Positions 1 through 12,640 of a stretch of 64,000 nt of DNA are shown piece after piece. The translations under genes were made by a program, and so were the position numbers. Each line of letters starts with the position of its first letter. Positions within the stretch are counted from its first letter, which is position 1. A model generated the notes under the pieces. That model made no database searches and was not told the DNA's origin. It saw only the letters and a program-made list of their open reading frames with translations. The stretch spans positions 15,686,001 through 15,750,000 of the forward strand of contig OX597840.1 in assembly GCA_951406725.2 (NCBI GenBank). Reading direction: 5' to 3'. Source of the DNA: Octopus vulgaris (lineage: Eukaryota).

Positions 1-359
1 ATGTGTATGTATACACATAAGACAAATATGTGTATGTATATGTATGTATGTATAGATGTGTGTGTGTGCATGTTGATCTCGTCAATGCTTATCTGAGTGT
101 TGCTGTTCAGTGATCTGCTGCTGCTTGTCTATCTCTATATAAAATTTCGGTACAACCAAACTGAACAGAAGTGTTTAGTGTGGTAATGTAAATTGGAAGG
201 GTGGGTGGAGTTTGGTGGTGGAGGCTAAAGAACTAGGGCAGGAGGACATTTTATCATTGTAGAATTATGTCTGAGATCTAAATTCTTGTACAGTTCATTG
301 GAACATTGGAGAGTAACATAAGACATTCTTAGCAACACCAAGATATATATTGACCTGTC

Positions 360-576
360 TGTTACCATATTTCTGTTGAGATGCTCTGTGTTTCTTTTGA
401 TTAATTTTAAATATAACAAAAAATTTAGTAAAATAAGTTTGTTATCATTAAGTTAGTGTTAGGAACATAAATTGTGACTAGGGTTTGGTGGAAGATTTTA
501 ATTCAGAACTTTTGAAGACAAGACATTTTGTACTACAGAGCCAGAGGCTGTTTCAGCCGGGTTGGTATCAAAAGGG
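360..576. mobile_element. piggyBac-type MITE, left end degraded
   Basis: Ends aaaggg|ttaa. Older relatives lie at 8765-9086 (a tandem pair sharing TTAA 8854-8857) and 23799-24014. Confidence 0.8.
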
Positions 577-592
577 TTAAGGATTTTTAAAA

Positions 593-983
593 CTTTTTAC
601 TTGTTTCAATCATTTGACTGTGGTCATGCTGGAGCACCACCGTTAGTCAAGCAAATTGACCCCAGGACTTATTCTTTGTAAGCTAGTATTTATTCTATTG
701 GTCTCTTTTGCCGAACCCCTAAGTTATGAGGACATAAACACACCAGCATTGGTTGTCAAGCGATGTTGGGGGTACAAACACAGACACACAAACATACATA
801 CATATATATATACATATATACGATGGGCTTCTTTCAGTTTCCGTCTACCAAATCCACTCACAAGGCTTTGGTCAGCCTGAGGCTATAGTAGAAGACACTT
901 GCCTAAGTGTGCCATGCAGTGGGACTGAACCCAGAACCATGTGGTTGGTGAGCAAGCTACTTACCACACAGCCACTCCTGTAC
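593..983 (-). mobile_element. SINE family A (tRNA-derived head, internal (TA/CA)n, gtaaaaga tail)
   Basis: Reverse complement of the full copies at 17478 and 57471. Confidence 0.9.
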
Positions 984-1011
984 CTAATTGTTTCTCTATT
1001 ATATATTTTAA

Positions 1012-1201
1012 CCCTTTTGTTGCCATATTTCTGTTGAGATGCTCTGTGTTTCTTTCAATTAACTTTAAATATAACAAATTAAATAAAATAACTTAGTTAT
1101 CATTAAGCTAGTGTTAGGAACATAAAATGTGAGTTAGGTTTGGTGGAAGATTTTAATTCAGAACTTTTGAGGCAGTTTCAAGCGAGTTGGTACCAAAAGG
1201 G
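1012..1201. mobile_element. piggyBac-type MITE
   Basis: TTAA|CCCTTTTG ... CAAAAGGG|TTAA. Confidence 0.85.
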
Positions 1202-1520
1202 TTAAATGGCTAGAAGTTGAAAGAGATTTGACTGCTATTTCAAGCAGGTCATGCCACTGTAAAGAGGCTCCATTATTGTCATTTGAAGGCTACTTACCAT
1301 ATAGTACAGATGTAATGAATCAAAGCCAAACTGGGTTTTATACAACAATAAAAAATAACATTCTATGTTGCATAAATCCTGAAACCACACAGAAGTTATG
1401 GGGACCAATGTTAAAATTTCAATTGCTATTCATTCGATCAAGGGTAAGAAAATTATCATCAAAATTATTATCATCTTGATTATTATTATCAAAATTATTT
1501 TCAAAATTATTATCATCATG

Positions 1521-1795
1521 AGGTGCAGGTGTGGCTTGTGTAGTAAAAAGTTTGTTCCCCAACCACATGGTTCTGGGTTCAGTTCCACTGCATGGTACCT
1601 TGGGCAAATGCTTTCTGCTATAGCCTCAGGCCAAGCAAAGCCTTGTGAGTGATTTTGTAGATGGAAACTGAATGACGTCTGTTGTGTTTGTGTGTTTGTG
1701 TCCCACTGCTGCTTGACAGCCAGTGTTGGTTTGTTTGCATCCCCATAACTTAGCGGCAAAAGAAACTGGGAATAAGAACCAGGCTTTAAAAAAGA
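1521..1795 (+). mobile_element. SINE family A, 3' truncated
   Basis: Head 'ggtgcaggtgtggc...gggttcagttccactgc...ccttgggcaa'. Confidence 0.85.
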
Positions 1796-1799
1796 AGAA

Positions 1800-2030
1800 T
1801 GTTATTTTGTAGTTTAGTGACATCAAACTTCCTCAAATCTCAAGAGACTCTCTTAGGATTCTTGTGGAATGCAGGCTGGCATTTTTCAACAAAACAAATC
1901 TTAATTCTGATTTCCTTCAGGCTCTTGGTTTGGGTGTTGTGCCAAATGTGCCAATTACCACAAGAATAATTGTCATCTTAGTCTTCATCCCTGATATTTC
2001 TTAGTTTGCTCAATGCTTTTGATATCTACA
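1800..2030 (-). mobile_element. Degraded C-terminus of a restriction-like-endonuclease LINE (R4/Dong-like)
   Basis: Minus-strand remnants IILVVIGTFG and a KNPKRV-like end resemble the VVIGALG...ILRRVL terminus of RLE LINEs; heavily decayed. Confidence 0.4.
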
Positions 2031-2035
2031 CTACA

Positions 2036-2415
2036 GCACTCCATCGGTTACAATGACGAGGGTTCCAGTTGATCCGATCAATGGAACAGCCTGCTCGTGA
2101 ATTTAACGTGTAAGTGGCTGAGCACTCCACAGACACGTGCACCCTTAACGTAGTTCTCGGGGATATTCACCGTGACACAGAGAGTGACAAGACCGGCCCT
2201 TTGAAATACAGGTACAACAGAAACAGGAAGAAAGAGTGAGAGAAAGTTGTGGTGAAAGAGTACAGCAAGGTTCACCACCAACCCCTACTGGAACCTTGTT
2301 GAGCTTTAGGTGTTTCCACTCTATAAGCACTCACAATGCCCAGTCTGGGAATCAAAACCGCGATCCTATGACCGGGAGTCCATTGCCCTTAACCACTGGG
2401 CCATTGCACCACCAC
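2036..2415 (-). mobile_element. SINE family C (tRNA-derived head ggaggcgcaatggcctagtggttagggc)
   Basis: Same head and body as 8385-8680 and 27660-27840. Confidence 0.85.
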
Positions 2416-3179
2416 ATGTCTACACTATTATCACAAGATAGTGTACAACAGAATCTAAGATCTTACATAGTTTCTAATTTTTTTTTAATTTATTTTACAT
2501 CCGATATAATCACATCTGGTCTCATTTACTTGTTATAGTAAGTTCATTTCCTCCTCTGTAACATTCTCTCATTCTATGAAGTAAAACTTATTTTCCTCTT
2601 AGTTATTATTATCACTCTCCTGAAGATTATTGATCTTCCTGCTATTCTTATTTTATTTTCTCTTCGACATAGCCATGTTATTCATCTTTCACTATTTCGG
2701 AGATCTCTTCCAGTTCCAACTGGGATAGCCTCTGTGACTTTTCATGATTAGATTTTTCCTGATCTGCAAGTCTTTGTTATGTGACAAGAACATGTCTGTC
2801 TCTTCATCCATATTTTAGAGTTTTATCTTAGTTTGACAGGCCCACTCCTGTGATAAAAATTCACGACAATCTTGGAATGGAAAAAGCAAAGCAGTTAATT
2901 AAATGTATAGCAATACACAAAGAGCTGCCCCTACCTTCTCTGTGTCACATCTTCACCATCTTTCTTTCAATCTGAGGTAGTCATATCTCTCTTCAAATGC
3001 ATGAAACCTCTTCTGTCCCGCAATACTAAAGAGCTGAATGGTCATCTTTGGCAAGTTTCTTGGTGACTGTAGTATTGCTGGTGCCTCATAAAAAGCACCC
3101 AGTACACCTTGTGGTTGGCAATTTCCAACTGTGGGAACCATGCTAAAGTAGATAACAGGCCTCAGGGCAGTCTTCTTAT

Positions 3180-3390
3180 ATCTTTATTGCCCACAAGGAG
3201 CTAAACATAGAGGGCACAAACAAGGACAGACGAAGGGATTAAGTCGATTACATCGACTCCAGTGTGTAACTGGTACTTATTTTATCGACCCTGAAAAGAT
3301 GAAAGGCAAAGTTGACCTCAGCAGAATTTGAACGATATACCGCTAAGCATTTTGCCCGGCATGCTAACGTTTCTGTCAGCCCACTGCCAG
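3180..3390 (-). mobile_element. SINE family B
   Basis: Reverse complement of the 61329 copy. Further copies lie at ~4716, 6959, 10517, 15360, 37500, 40524, 43170, 45366, 46277 and 46986. Confidence 0.85.
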
Positions 3391-4094
3391 TTCCTGTCAA
3401 ATTGTCCTACACATGTCAGCATGAAAACAGATGTTAAGTAGACACACACACACATACTCTCTCTCTCTCTCTCTCCCACACACACACACACACACACATG
3501 ATGTGAAAACAGACACCAAGCGAGTTTTTGTTTTTTTGTCTTCTGTCCACACTGAGCTTGCTTTGGGACACCTGCATTACCATTTGACACATGTAACACC
3601 CCAGTCAATCTCCCCAACCAACACGGATCTCGACTAAGGGTCATGCATCAACTGCATTGACACCTATCAAGGTGCTTGGCATGCACCATGCACTTCTCAC
3701 CAGATATCAGAAGAGGAGCAGCCAGTTTCCCCCATTCCAGGTTCAAGAGTGGATATCAAGGCCATCAACAATATGACAGAGATCATTCATTAGATGTACA
3801 ATAGTGATGGAGAGGTGTTGGTAGAGGTGGAAGAGTGGTTAGCAATTATAGAACTCAGGGCTTTTATCATTGTAGAATTATATCTGAGCTGGAAATTCTC
3901 TCCATCGATCTACCTATTATATCTCTGTAGTGTGCCATAACCATTTGTTATTTCTGTCTGTTTGTCCATCAATATATCTATTTATTACGCCTGCTTATTC
4001 TTCACTTCTACCAATCCATTATCTCTAACTGTTCATCAACTTTTTCTTTCTCTTTTGATCTTCTACTATCTTTTGTTTTCCTTCTTCCCTGCAG

Positions 4095-4209
4095 GGCAAG
4101 CTTGGTGAGCTGCTTCTCTCGCTTTGCTACCAACCAGCAGTGGGTCGACTCATTATTGAAGTGAAGAAGGCTAAAGATCTCAAAGCTAAAGATATCACTG
4201 GAACCTCAG
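4095..4209 (+). CDS. SYT7: Synaptotagmin-7 orthologue, penultimate coding exon (start of C2B domain)
   Basis: Polypyrimidine tract plus cag acceptor (AG 4093-4094) and a gtaag donor at 4210. The 115 nt read GKLGELLLSLCYQPAVGRLIIEVKKAKDLKAKDITGTS+G, matching the Syt7 C2B start as I recall it (GELLLSLCYNP...KARNLKAMDIGGTSD). Its phase-1 end joins the next exon to make the Asp of SDPYVK. Confidence 0.93.
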
Positions 4210-4295
4210 GTAAGAAACAATAAAAATAATGACTATTGGAAAGGTTACAAGATGCAACAAAAATTTTAGAAAAAATTGACAACTGCAATATTTAT

Positions 4296-4620
4296 AAGCG
4301 TAGGAGTTGTTGTGTGGTAAGTAGCTTGCTTACCAACCACATGGTTCCGGGTTCGGTCCCACTGCGTGACACCTTGGGCAAGTGTCTTCTACTGTAGCCT
4401 CGAGCCAACCAAAGCCTTGTAAGTGGATTTGGTAGACGGAAACTGAAAGAAGCCCGTTGTATATATGTATATATATATGTGTGTGTGTCTGTGTTTGTCC
4501 TCCCAACATCGCTTGACAACTGACGCTGGTGTGCTTACATCCCCGTAACCTAGCAGTTCAGCAAAATAGACCGATAGAATAAGTCCTGGAGTCGATTTGC
4601 TCAACTGAAAAAGGTAAGAG
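4296..4620 (+). mobile_element. SINE family A
   Basis: A-box/B-box-like head followed by the ccttgggcaagtgtcttc body. Confidence 0.9.
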
Positions 4621-4881
4621 AGAGTAAATGAGTGGAAATCGAACCAGTGTGTGTGTTAAGTAACAAGGCACTAAAAGAGAATGAACCTCCCCAGACACAA
4701 TAAAGTAATAATAATCTCTTCCACTAAAGGTACAAGGCCTGAAATTTTGGTGGGAGGGGGCTAGTCGATCACATCAACCCCAGTGTTTTGCTGCAACTTA
4801 ATTTATCAGCCCTGAAAGGATGAAAGGTAAAGTTAACCTTGGCAGAATTGAACTCAGAACATAAAGACAAATGAAATACTG

Positions 4882-5177
4882 TTCTATATTTAAGAGATGA
4901 GGAATTATGTACATTATTTACATTTGATGGATATATATACCTATGAGCATATGGCATAGTGGTTAAGAGTGCGGGCTACTAACCCCAAGATTCCAAGTTC
5001 AATTCCAGATAGTGACTGAATAATAATAATAATAACATCAAAAAATACCTTAGGAATGAGAACCCAGGTTCAAAATTTCCCCAAGACACCTAATGAAGGC
5101 TGGAGGGTATATCAACCAAAACGTTGTGTTAACAACAAACAAGATGAGGACAAATATCTGTCAAATGTAAATAATGT
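4882..5177 (+). mobile_element. Penelope-like non-autonomous element: inverted 3' copy, tRNA-like head and degenerate hammerhead
   Basis: 4882-4935 is an inverted copy of the element's 3' end. A 13-bp TSD aaatgaaata(c/a)tg (4869-4881 and 5178-5190) sits inside a family-B SINE. A second copy is at 41538-41730. Confidence 0.7.
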
Positions 5178-5546
5178 AAATGAAATAATGCCAAGCATGT
5201 CACCCAGCATGCTAATGACTCTGCTAGTTCACTACCTTAAGCAATGATAGTAATAATGATTTCATTTATTTGCCACAAGGGTGAAGGATGAGGGGGACAA
5301 TACAAAGACAGACATAAAGTGTGAGGGTTTACATATAATAATGAAATGATAAAAAAAAAGAGAAAGTATACACTGAAAAAGAAGGGACATATGCATAGCA
5401 TAAAAAGGTATTTATTTTATTGATCTTGAAGAGACAAAAGGCAAAGTCAACCCCTGCAGGATTTGTACCCAGAATGTCAAGATGGATGAAATGCCATGAA
5501 GCATTTTGTCCGGCATGCTTGTGGTTTGGCCAGCTTGCCATCTTTA

Positions 5547-6030
5547 CCCCTTGATGCTGGTATTACCCAAAGCATGCGAGACACTGCTCTGGTTTTTTTA
5601 TCTAATGAGGCCACACAAACACATAAGTGCCAACGAGCTCGCGTCTATTTACGTTCACCATTACAATAACACAAGCATCGTACATTTACATCTACCGGTT
5701 TATGAAAACGAACTATGTGAAGCTATTTATCATAATATGATATGCACGAGTTATTCTGCTCAGGTTCAGAAAATAGTTTGCCTGTGGTACAACTCAAAAC
5801 ACAGTATTAAGCATGTAAAGTATCCACATGTCATTGGTCTACTGCTAGTCTCATGACTTGAACGTAACCTAAAAGAGCTAAGATAATTCACAGTACGGCA
5901 AGTGCGTGCACCTCAAGAGATTAAGTACACGATAGCGAACGTAAACATACATCAGCCGCTAAAATGTCCGTGATAGATGTAGGGCAAGCAAAAGTGTGAT
6001 CGCATATTTGCATCAACCGTTGTCAAGGGG
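5547..6030. mobile_element. Second piggyBac-type MITE family
   Basis: ttta|CCCCTTGA ... TCAAGGGG|ttaa with a CpG-richer interior. Confidence 0.65.
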
Positions 6031-6847
6031 TTAAACTGGTGCATTCAGACAAAGTCCTTAGCAGTATTTATTCCACCCAAGTTGCACAATCATTTTTGTC
6101 AGCCTAGTGTACTAGCAATTAGTTCATTGGAAACCTCTGATTATTGTTCACAAAACATGATATAAAACAAAATATGTAAATAAACATTGAACCGAGATGG
6201 GGTTCCATTTGTGTGGGATGTTGAGTTGAAGGAGCTAACCTTGTAGCTGCAAGCAAATGGCTAATGATTTTGTGGAGATAAAAAGATAAACTAACAGGAA
6301 CTATTTTGAAAAGATAATATGACAGGTGTTCTGTATTGGAATTGGTAAGTCAGTCACCCAGTAAATACTAGATACATGGTTCAAATCTTACCAGTTTCTC
6401 GTCTCTGTCTCAAAATTGGGTTTATAATGTTTTGAGAGATAACTCCTATGCTTGATGCCAAAATGTTTGGCTAGATCAACTGGATAGAGAACTTAAAATG
6501 CCAATGTCCAGCTGGAATAATTATGATGAGCTCTCAGTCAATTCTAGCTCTATTTTTAGTGAGAAACTGTGCAGTTTTTCTAATCTCAACCAAGGAGGGC
6601 AAGCCATCAGAATCATTTTTGCTTTGGACAAAATGTTTGGTGGCATTTCATCTGGACTTAATGTTCTCAGTTCAAATGCCACTGAGATCAACTTTGCTTT
6701 TCATCCTTTTGGGTGTCAATAGAATAAGAACCAGTCGAGCAATGGTAAGTCTTGGGGTTGATGCAATTAACTAGGTCCTGGTCTACAGATTTCAGGCCTT
6801 GTGCTTATCATAGAAAGTAGAAAGGATTATGAGGGCCTCTTCTTCTT

Positions 6848-7432
6848 ATCATCATCATTTAATGTCCGTTGTCCATGCTGGCATGGGTTGGGCAGTTTGA
6901 CCAGGGCTGGCAAGCTGGAAGGCTGCACCAGACTCTAGTCTGATTTGGCATGGTTTCTTATTTCTTTATTGCCCACAAGGGGCTAAACATAGAGGGGACA
7001 AACAAGGACAGACAAAGGGATTAAGTTGATTACATTGACCCCAGTGCATAACTGGTACTTAATTTATCGACCCCGAAAGGATGAAAGGCAAAGTCGACCT
7101 TAGTGGAATTTGAACTCAGAACGTAAAGACAGACGAAAAACTGCTAAGCATTTCGCCCGGCATGCTAACATTTCACCTGATTTGGCATGGTTTCTACGGC
7201 TGGATGCCCTTCCTAATGCCAACCACTCTATGAGTGTAATGGGTGCTTTTATGTACCACTGGCATGGCTGCCATTTGTGTGACACCAGTATCTTCCACGA
7301 CTATGGTTTCATTAGGCGTGATGGATCTTCTACTCAAGCACAGCATAATGCCAAAGGTCTCAGTCATTTGTCATTGCCTCCATGAGGCCCAATGTTCAAG
7401 AGGTGCTTTTTACACACCACCAGCATCGGCCA
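6848..7432 (-). mobile_element. RTE 3'-UTR/tail remnant interrupted by a family-B SINE
   Basis: Matches the 22100-22270 tail. The SINE at 6959-7176 is flanked by the 19-bp direct repeat ctgatttggcatggtttct (6940-6958 and 7177-7195). Confidence 0.8.
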
Positions 7433-8184
7433 CAAAATTTCTAACACCATCCTTGATACAGAAATAACGTCAATGAATTTGATTTAACATTCACCCCCAC
7501 CCCACCCTCTGTAGTAGATGCTGATGACACATAATCCACTGATATTGCTACCAATATGGATTATCTGGACATTCTTTCAATGTCATCAGATCGCAATCAA
7601 TGTTTGGACACTTCTCTGACAATGATTATGTTCTTGTCATGACATTTTCATGTGAAAACACGCAAGTGGTTCCCCGTTGCTGTCTTTTGGGTACCTTTTA
7701 CAAAATATCATTCTTTGTCTGCTAGATAGACAAAGTGTGTGGTAAGAGGTTTTCTTCTCAACCACATAGTTCTTTGTTTGGACGTCCCACTATGTGGTAC
7801 CTTAGGTCAGTGTCTTCTGTTATAACACCCTGGACCAACCAATGCCTTGTGAAAAGATTTGGTAAATGGAAACCGAAAGAAGCCCATCATCTGTAGATGT
7901 GTATGAATGTGTGTGTGTGTGTGTGTGAAGGCACGTGGTTAGGCTGTTGCACTCATGATCATTATTTCATGTGTGTTGTGTTTTTGAGGAAAGCCCTACA
8001 TTTCACATTGCTCCAGTTCCCTTTTGATCAAGGTGGTGGGGATGGCCTGTTCACCTAACCAACAGGGTGGCATCATTTCATGGCTAAAACAATGCTAAGC
8101 ACATTGTGACCAGTGATGTGTAACATTATCAGATAGTCTGGTCGGTCATGTGATCACATGGTCATGTATATATATATATATTTG

Positions 8185-8680
8185 CGGAGACCCCCTTCAG
8201 TCATGACTCACCATAGGATTGCACCTAGGAAGTTACCCCTCCTAGGCACAAGTCCGGGCAAGGTTGTTTATGGAAGACTAGCTGTCACCCATGGATACTG
8301 GCCTCCCCTCTCCACACCACCAGTGTTATCTAAAGGAAAGGCAAAGGCTGATACAGCTTGGCACCTGTGATGTCGCAACTCATTTATTAATGTGCAAGTG
8401 GCTGAGCACTCCACAGACACGTGTAATCTTAACATAGTTCTCAGGGAGATTCAGCGTGACACAGAGTGTGACAAGGCTGGCCCTTTGAAATACAGGTACA
8501 ACAGAAACAGGAAGAAAGAGTGAGAGAAAGTTGTGGTAAAAGAGTACAACAGGGTTCACCACCACCCCCTGCTGGAGCCTCGTAGAGCTTTAAGAGTTTT
8601 CGCTCAATAAACACTTACAATGCCTGGTCTGGGAATCGAAACCACGATCCTACAACTGCGAATCCATTGCACCTCCACAA
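8185..8680 (-). mobile_element. SINE family C joined to a different 3' module
   Basis: 8390-8680 matches 2100-2415; 8185-8385 is a distinct GC-richer repeat tail. Confidence 0.75.
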
Positions 8681-10074
8681 GAACACAATTTACCACTGGA
8701 TATTGAACTCATGGCCTGACAATCATGAGCCAAATACCCTAACCACTTAGCTGCGTGCCTTCACTGGAAGGTTTTATATTAAAATCATTCTAAGGTAAGG
8801 ATTTTGTGTCATAGAACCAGGGGTCATTCTAAGGTGGGTTGGTACCAAAAAGGTTAACCTTTTTGTTATCATATTTCCATTCAAATGCTCTGCTCTTTCT
8901 TCAATTAGTTTAGAAAATAATAAAGAATTCATTAAAATAACTCTGTCGTTATTAATTTAGTGTTTGCAACATAAATTAGTTGAAATTTTAATGGAAGGTT
9001 TTAATTTAGAACATTTTAAAACAGGAAGTCTATATCATGAAAGCTGGGGGGGTCAGTCTCAGGTGACTTGGTGTCAAAGCAGTTAATCCATACCCTTCTA
9101 CTTTGCAACACAACAGCATCACAAGTGATGATTGATGGTGGGGGTGGGGGTTGTGGTAGGCATGGCAACGATGGCGGTCATGATGACAATTGCAATGATA
9201 CTTATGATGATGATAATGATGATATGAGAAAAGTCACTGTTAGGATGATGATAGTGATGATGATGGTTTGCAATGATAGTGATGATAATGAGGACGCTGG
9301 TGTCAAAGATGCCGTTATCAGTTCTGTACCAGTATTCCCTGATTTTATATGCTGGTGATGATATCCCAGTTATCAAATTATCAATATCACTCCGGCTGCA
9401 TGCTCACTATGATATCCTATATATCAGTGACCACGGCATGTAATATGGCATATAACGATGACAATGACACATCAATCAAGTTATAAATTATTTCATGCCT
9501 GATATAACAATTATCTGCTGTTGTTTATTTAAATAATAAATCATGTTTCTGTCATAATCTTCAATTTATCAATGACACAAAAATTGGCAGAGTTGTTAGA
9601 GCCTTGCTTCATGGTATTCATTGTAAATTTCTACACCACGAGTTCAAACCCTAGTGATGTCATCTTTGTCATTTGTCCTTTACAAGGTTGATAAAAAGGT
9701 ACTGTGGATTGGTAGAACTGTTAGATGGTTGGGTAAGATGCCTTGGGGTATCTCTTCTGGTTTTTTACATCCTAACAACAATGCTATTTATGACACAAAT
9801 TTCAAACTCTCTTGGCCCCAAGTCCGTAGTCTTTCTTTTGGATAAACATCAGTGATGTGCATAAGACAAAGTTGTCTACACGGGGCAGTAGCCAACTTAC
9901 CCCAACGCTTGTCCAGGTTTGCACATATATGTGCAGATGCAACTTCAATCTTGACCAATGGAGGCCCTGGGTATCTATCTAAATATCTATTTGTCTCTCT
10001 GTCTGTCTATCTATCTATCCATCCATCCATCTCTCTCTCTCTCTTTCTATATATATATACACATACACACATAC

Positions 10075-10452
10075 AAGTGTGGCTGAGTGCTAAGAAGCTT
10101 GCTTCCCATCCACATGGTTCCAGGTTCAGTCCCACTGCATGGTACCTTGGGCAAATGTCTTCTACTATAGCCTCAGACCAACTAAAGCTTTGTGAGTGTA
10201 ATTGGTAGAGGTAAACTGAAACAACCCCACTAAGGTACCCTCTGTGTGTGTATGTGTTTGTGTCTATGCTTGTTGACCCCACCACTGCTTGATAACTGGT
10301 ATTGGTGTGTTTACATCCCCATAACTTAGCAGTTCGGGAAGAGAGACTAATAGATTTAACAAAGAATAAGTACTGGGGTTGATTCATCCAGCAAAAAATT
10401 CTTCAAGGAGATGCCCCAGCACGGCCACTGAAACAAGTGAAATATAAAAGAT
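10075..10452 (+). mobile_element. SINE family A (older subfamily)
   Basis: Same head, body and tail blocks, diverged. Confidence 0.85.
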
Positions 10453-11583
10453 AAATACATATATATGTATACATACATACATACATACATTTATTGTTTA
10501 TTATCACTGTATTTGTAAGGCGGTGAACTGGCAGAATCGTTAGTCTTTACATTCTGAGTTCAAATTCCACCAAGGTCGACTTTGCCTTTCGTCCTTTCAG
10601 GGTCGATAAATTAAGTACCACATACACACACACACACTCACTCACACACACACACACACATTGAGGGAGAGAATATATAAAGAATATATAAAGAGTTTTT
10701 GTCAACTGACATAATAATGTAATAAGTATGTATTATGAATGCTCAGGTTGGTTTACCACTAACACTCCAACTTGAACTGCAACTGAAATGTAGTCTTGAG
10801 ATTGCCTATTGAAGGCGGCTGGAAGTGGTTTCTCCTTGAGAAAGTGGATGTAGATTAAGATAGAAAATGAAGAAGCAAAACATTTGGCATCACTTGTAAA
10901 ACATTTAATTTAGATAGAGAATATAAACTTATAGAATCTCTTACAACTGTTTCAAGAATAGCCAAGCATGCAGATTATGATACTGAGTAAGGATATATAA
11001 GGTAAGTATTCTGTCATCAGAGGTAGAGAAGTCAGAAAATATCAAAATGAAGAATATCCCCAGTTGTGGATATTTGTACTTTGAAGCTTGTTGAAAAACG
11101 AAGTTAGAATCAGAATGAAAAATGTATGCATGCGTTCCATGGTTGAATAAATAATAAAGTTATGTGTAAGGTCCATTAGCAGTTCCAAAAGTTAATATTT
11201 AATGATAATCCACGGCAAAGGATAATGGAAGTTACCAGTTCCATTTTTGCCTAGAGAGTGAATCAGGATTGAGTAGGAACAATAGACTACAGTGTGAAAG
11301 CAAGATAGAATGGTAGATGCATGATAGGAGGTAGAGACTAGTCAGTAGAGTGAGGAAATGTTTGGCAAAAGAGGTTAGGAGACAGAAAAGTATGGGATGA
11401 AAAACAGCAGATGTCAGATACTTTCATTTCAAGGTTGACCACTGGGGTTTGGCCAGAGTCATTAGATAAGTAACATATGGTATAATTATAAACAGGGCAA
11501 GTTTTAGCCATTTCTCCACATGGAGTCTAACAGGCTGAAACTTTAATGTTACTCTCACCTGTCTCATGTAAAAGCATATTTAA

Positions 11584-11806
11584 CCCTTTTGATACCAACC
11601 AACCTGAAACAGCCTCTGGCTCTGTAGTTCTAAATGTCTTGTCTTCAAAAGTTCTGAATTAAAATCTTCCACCAAACCTTAGTCACAATTTATGTTCCTA
11701 ACACTAACTTAATGATAACTTAGCTATTTTACTAAATTCTTTGTTATATTTAAAATTAATCAAAAGAAACACAGAGCATCTCAACAGAAATATGGTAACA
11801 AAAGGG
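11584..11806. mobile_element. piggyBac-type MITE, same family in opposite orientation
   Basis: TTAA|CCCTTTTG ... CAAAAGGG|TTAA; the interior is the reverse complement of 360-576. Confidence 0.88.
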
Positions 11807-12406
11807 TTAATGAAGATATATATAGGTGTTTACTTCCCTGTAACTTAGCAGTTCGGCAAAAGAGTACTAGGCTCTCAAAGAATAAGTCCTGGGGTCGATT
11901 TCTTCAATAAAAAACCCCTTTTAGGTGGTGCTCCAGTATGGCCACGGTCAGATTACTGAAACGAGTAACAGAATAAAAGAATATATATAACCTGTGTAGT
12001 AGATTTATAAACGGCTAATTAAGACTGAAAAATGTGACAAACAACCTTCGTCAGTTCTTGTATCTTAACGGATTCTCAACTGAGGCATCTAAATCAATTT
12101 CACCAATACCAGAGACACAAGGTGCCAATTTGTCCCCTGTGTACTCTCTTTCTCTATTGTCTCTCTCTCCCTCTCCCTCTCTCTCTACACCCTCAATCTT
12201 ATATTTCCACAAGCATATCTTTACACACACACACATGAAAATCATCCATGCAAGATTATAAATGTTGTCTGGTGGTCACATGGTTCTGGGTTTGATGCCA
12301 TCGTGTATCACCTGAGGTGTGGGCCTTCAACCAGAGCTCCAGTGAACACCAGTTTTTCTGAGTAGACAGAAACTGCACAAAATCTGGGTACAAAACTGCA
12401 CAAAAA

Positions 12407-12640
12407 AGGTGGTGAGCTGGCAGAAATGTTAGCACACAGGGCGAAATGCTTAGCGGTACTTTGTCTGCTGCTACATTCTGAGTTCAAATTCTGCCAAGGT
12501 CGACTTTGCCTTCAACCTTTTGGGGTCAATAAATTAAGTACCAGTTACGCACTGGAGTCGATGTAATCGACTTAATCCCTTTGTCTGTCCCTGTTTGTCC
12601 CCTCTATGTTTAGCCCTTTGTGGGCAATAAAGAAATAAGA
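12407..12640 (+). mobile_element. SINE family B with a target-site duplication
   Basis: Flanked by aaactgcacaaaa direct repeats. Confidence 0.88.

Noticed and set aside
656-1037. Recurrent ORFs such as 'ASFSFRLPNPLTRLWSARGYSRRHLPK' found throughout the window
   Set aside because: Antisense translations of SINE family A; the frames are not conserved between copies.
9068-9376. Asp/Met-rich ORFs
   Set aside because: Degenerate (GAT)n low-complexity sequence with no splice or homology support.
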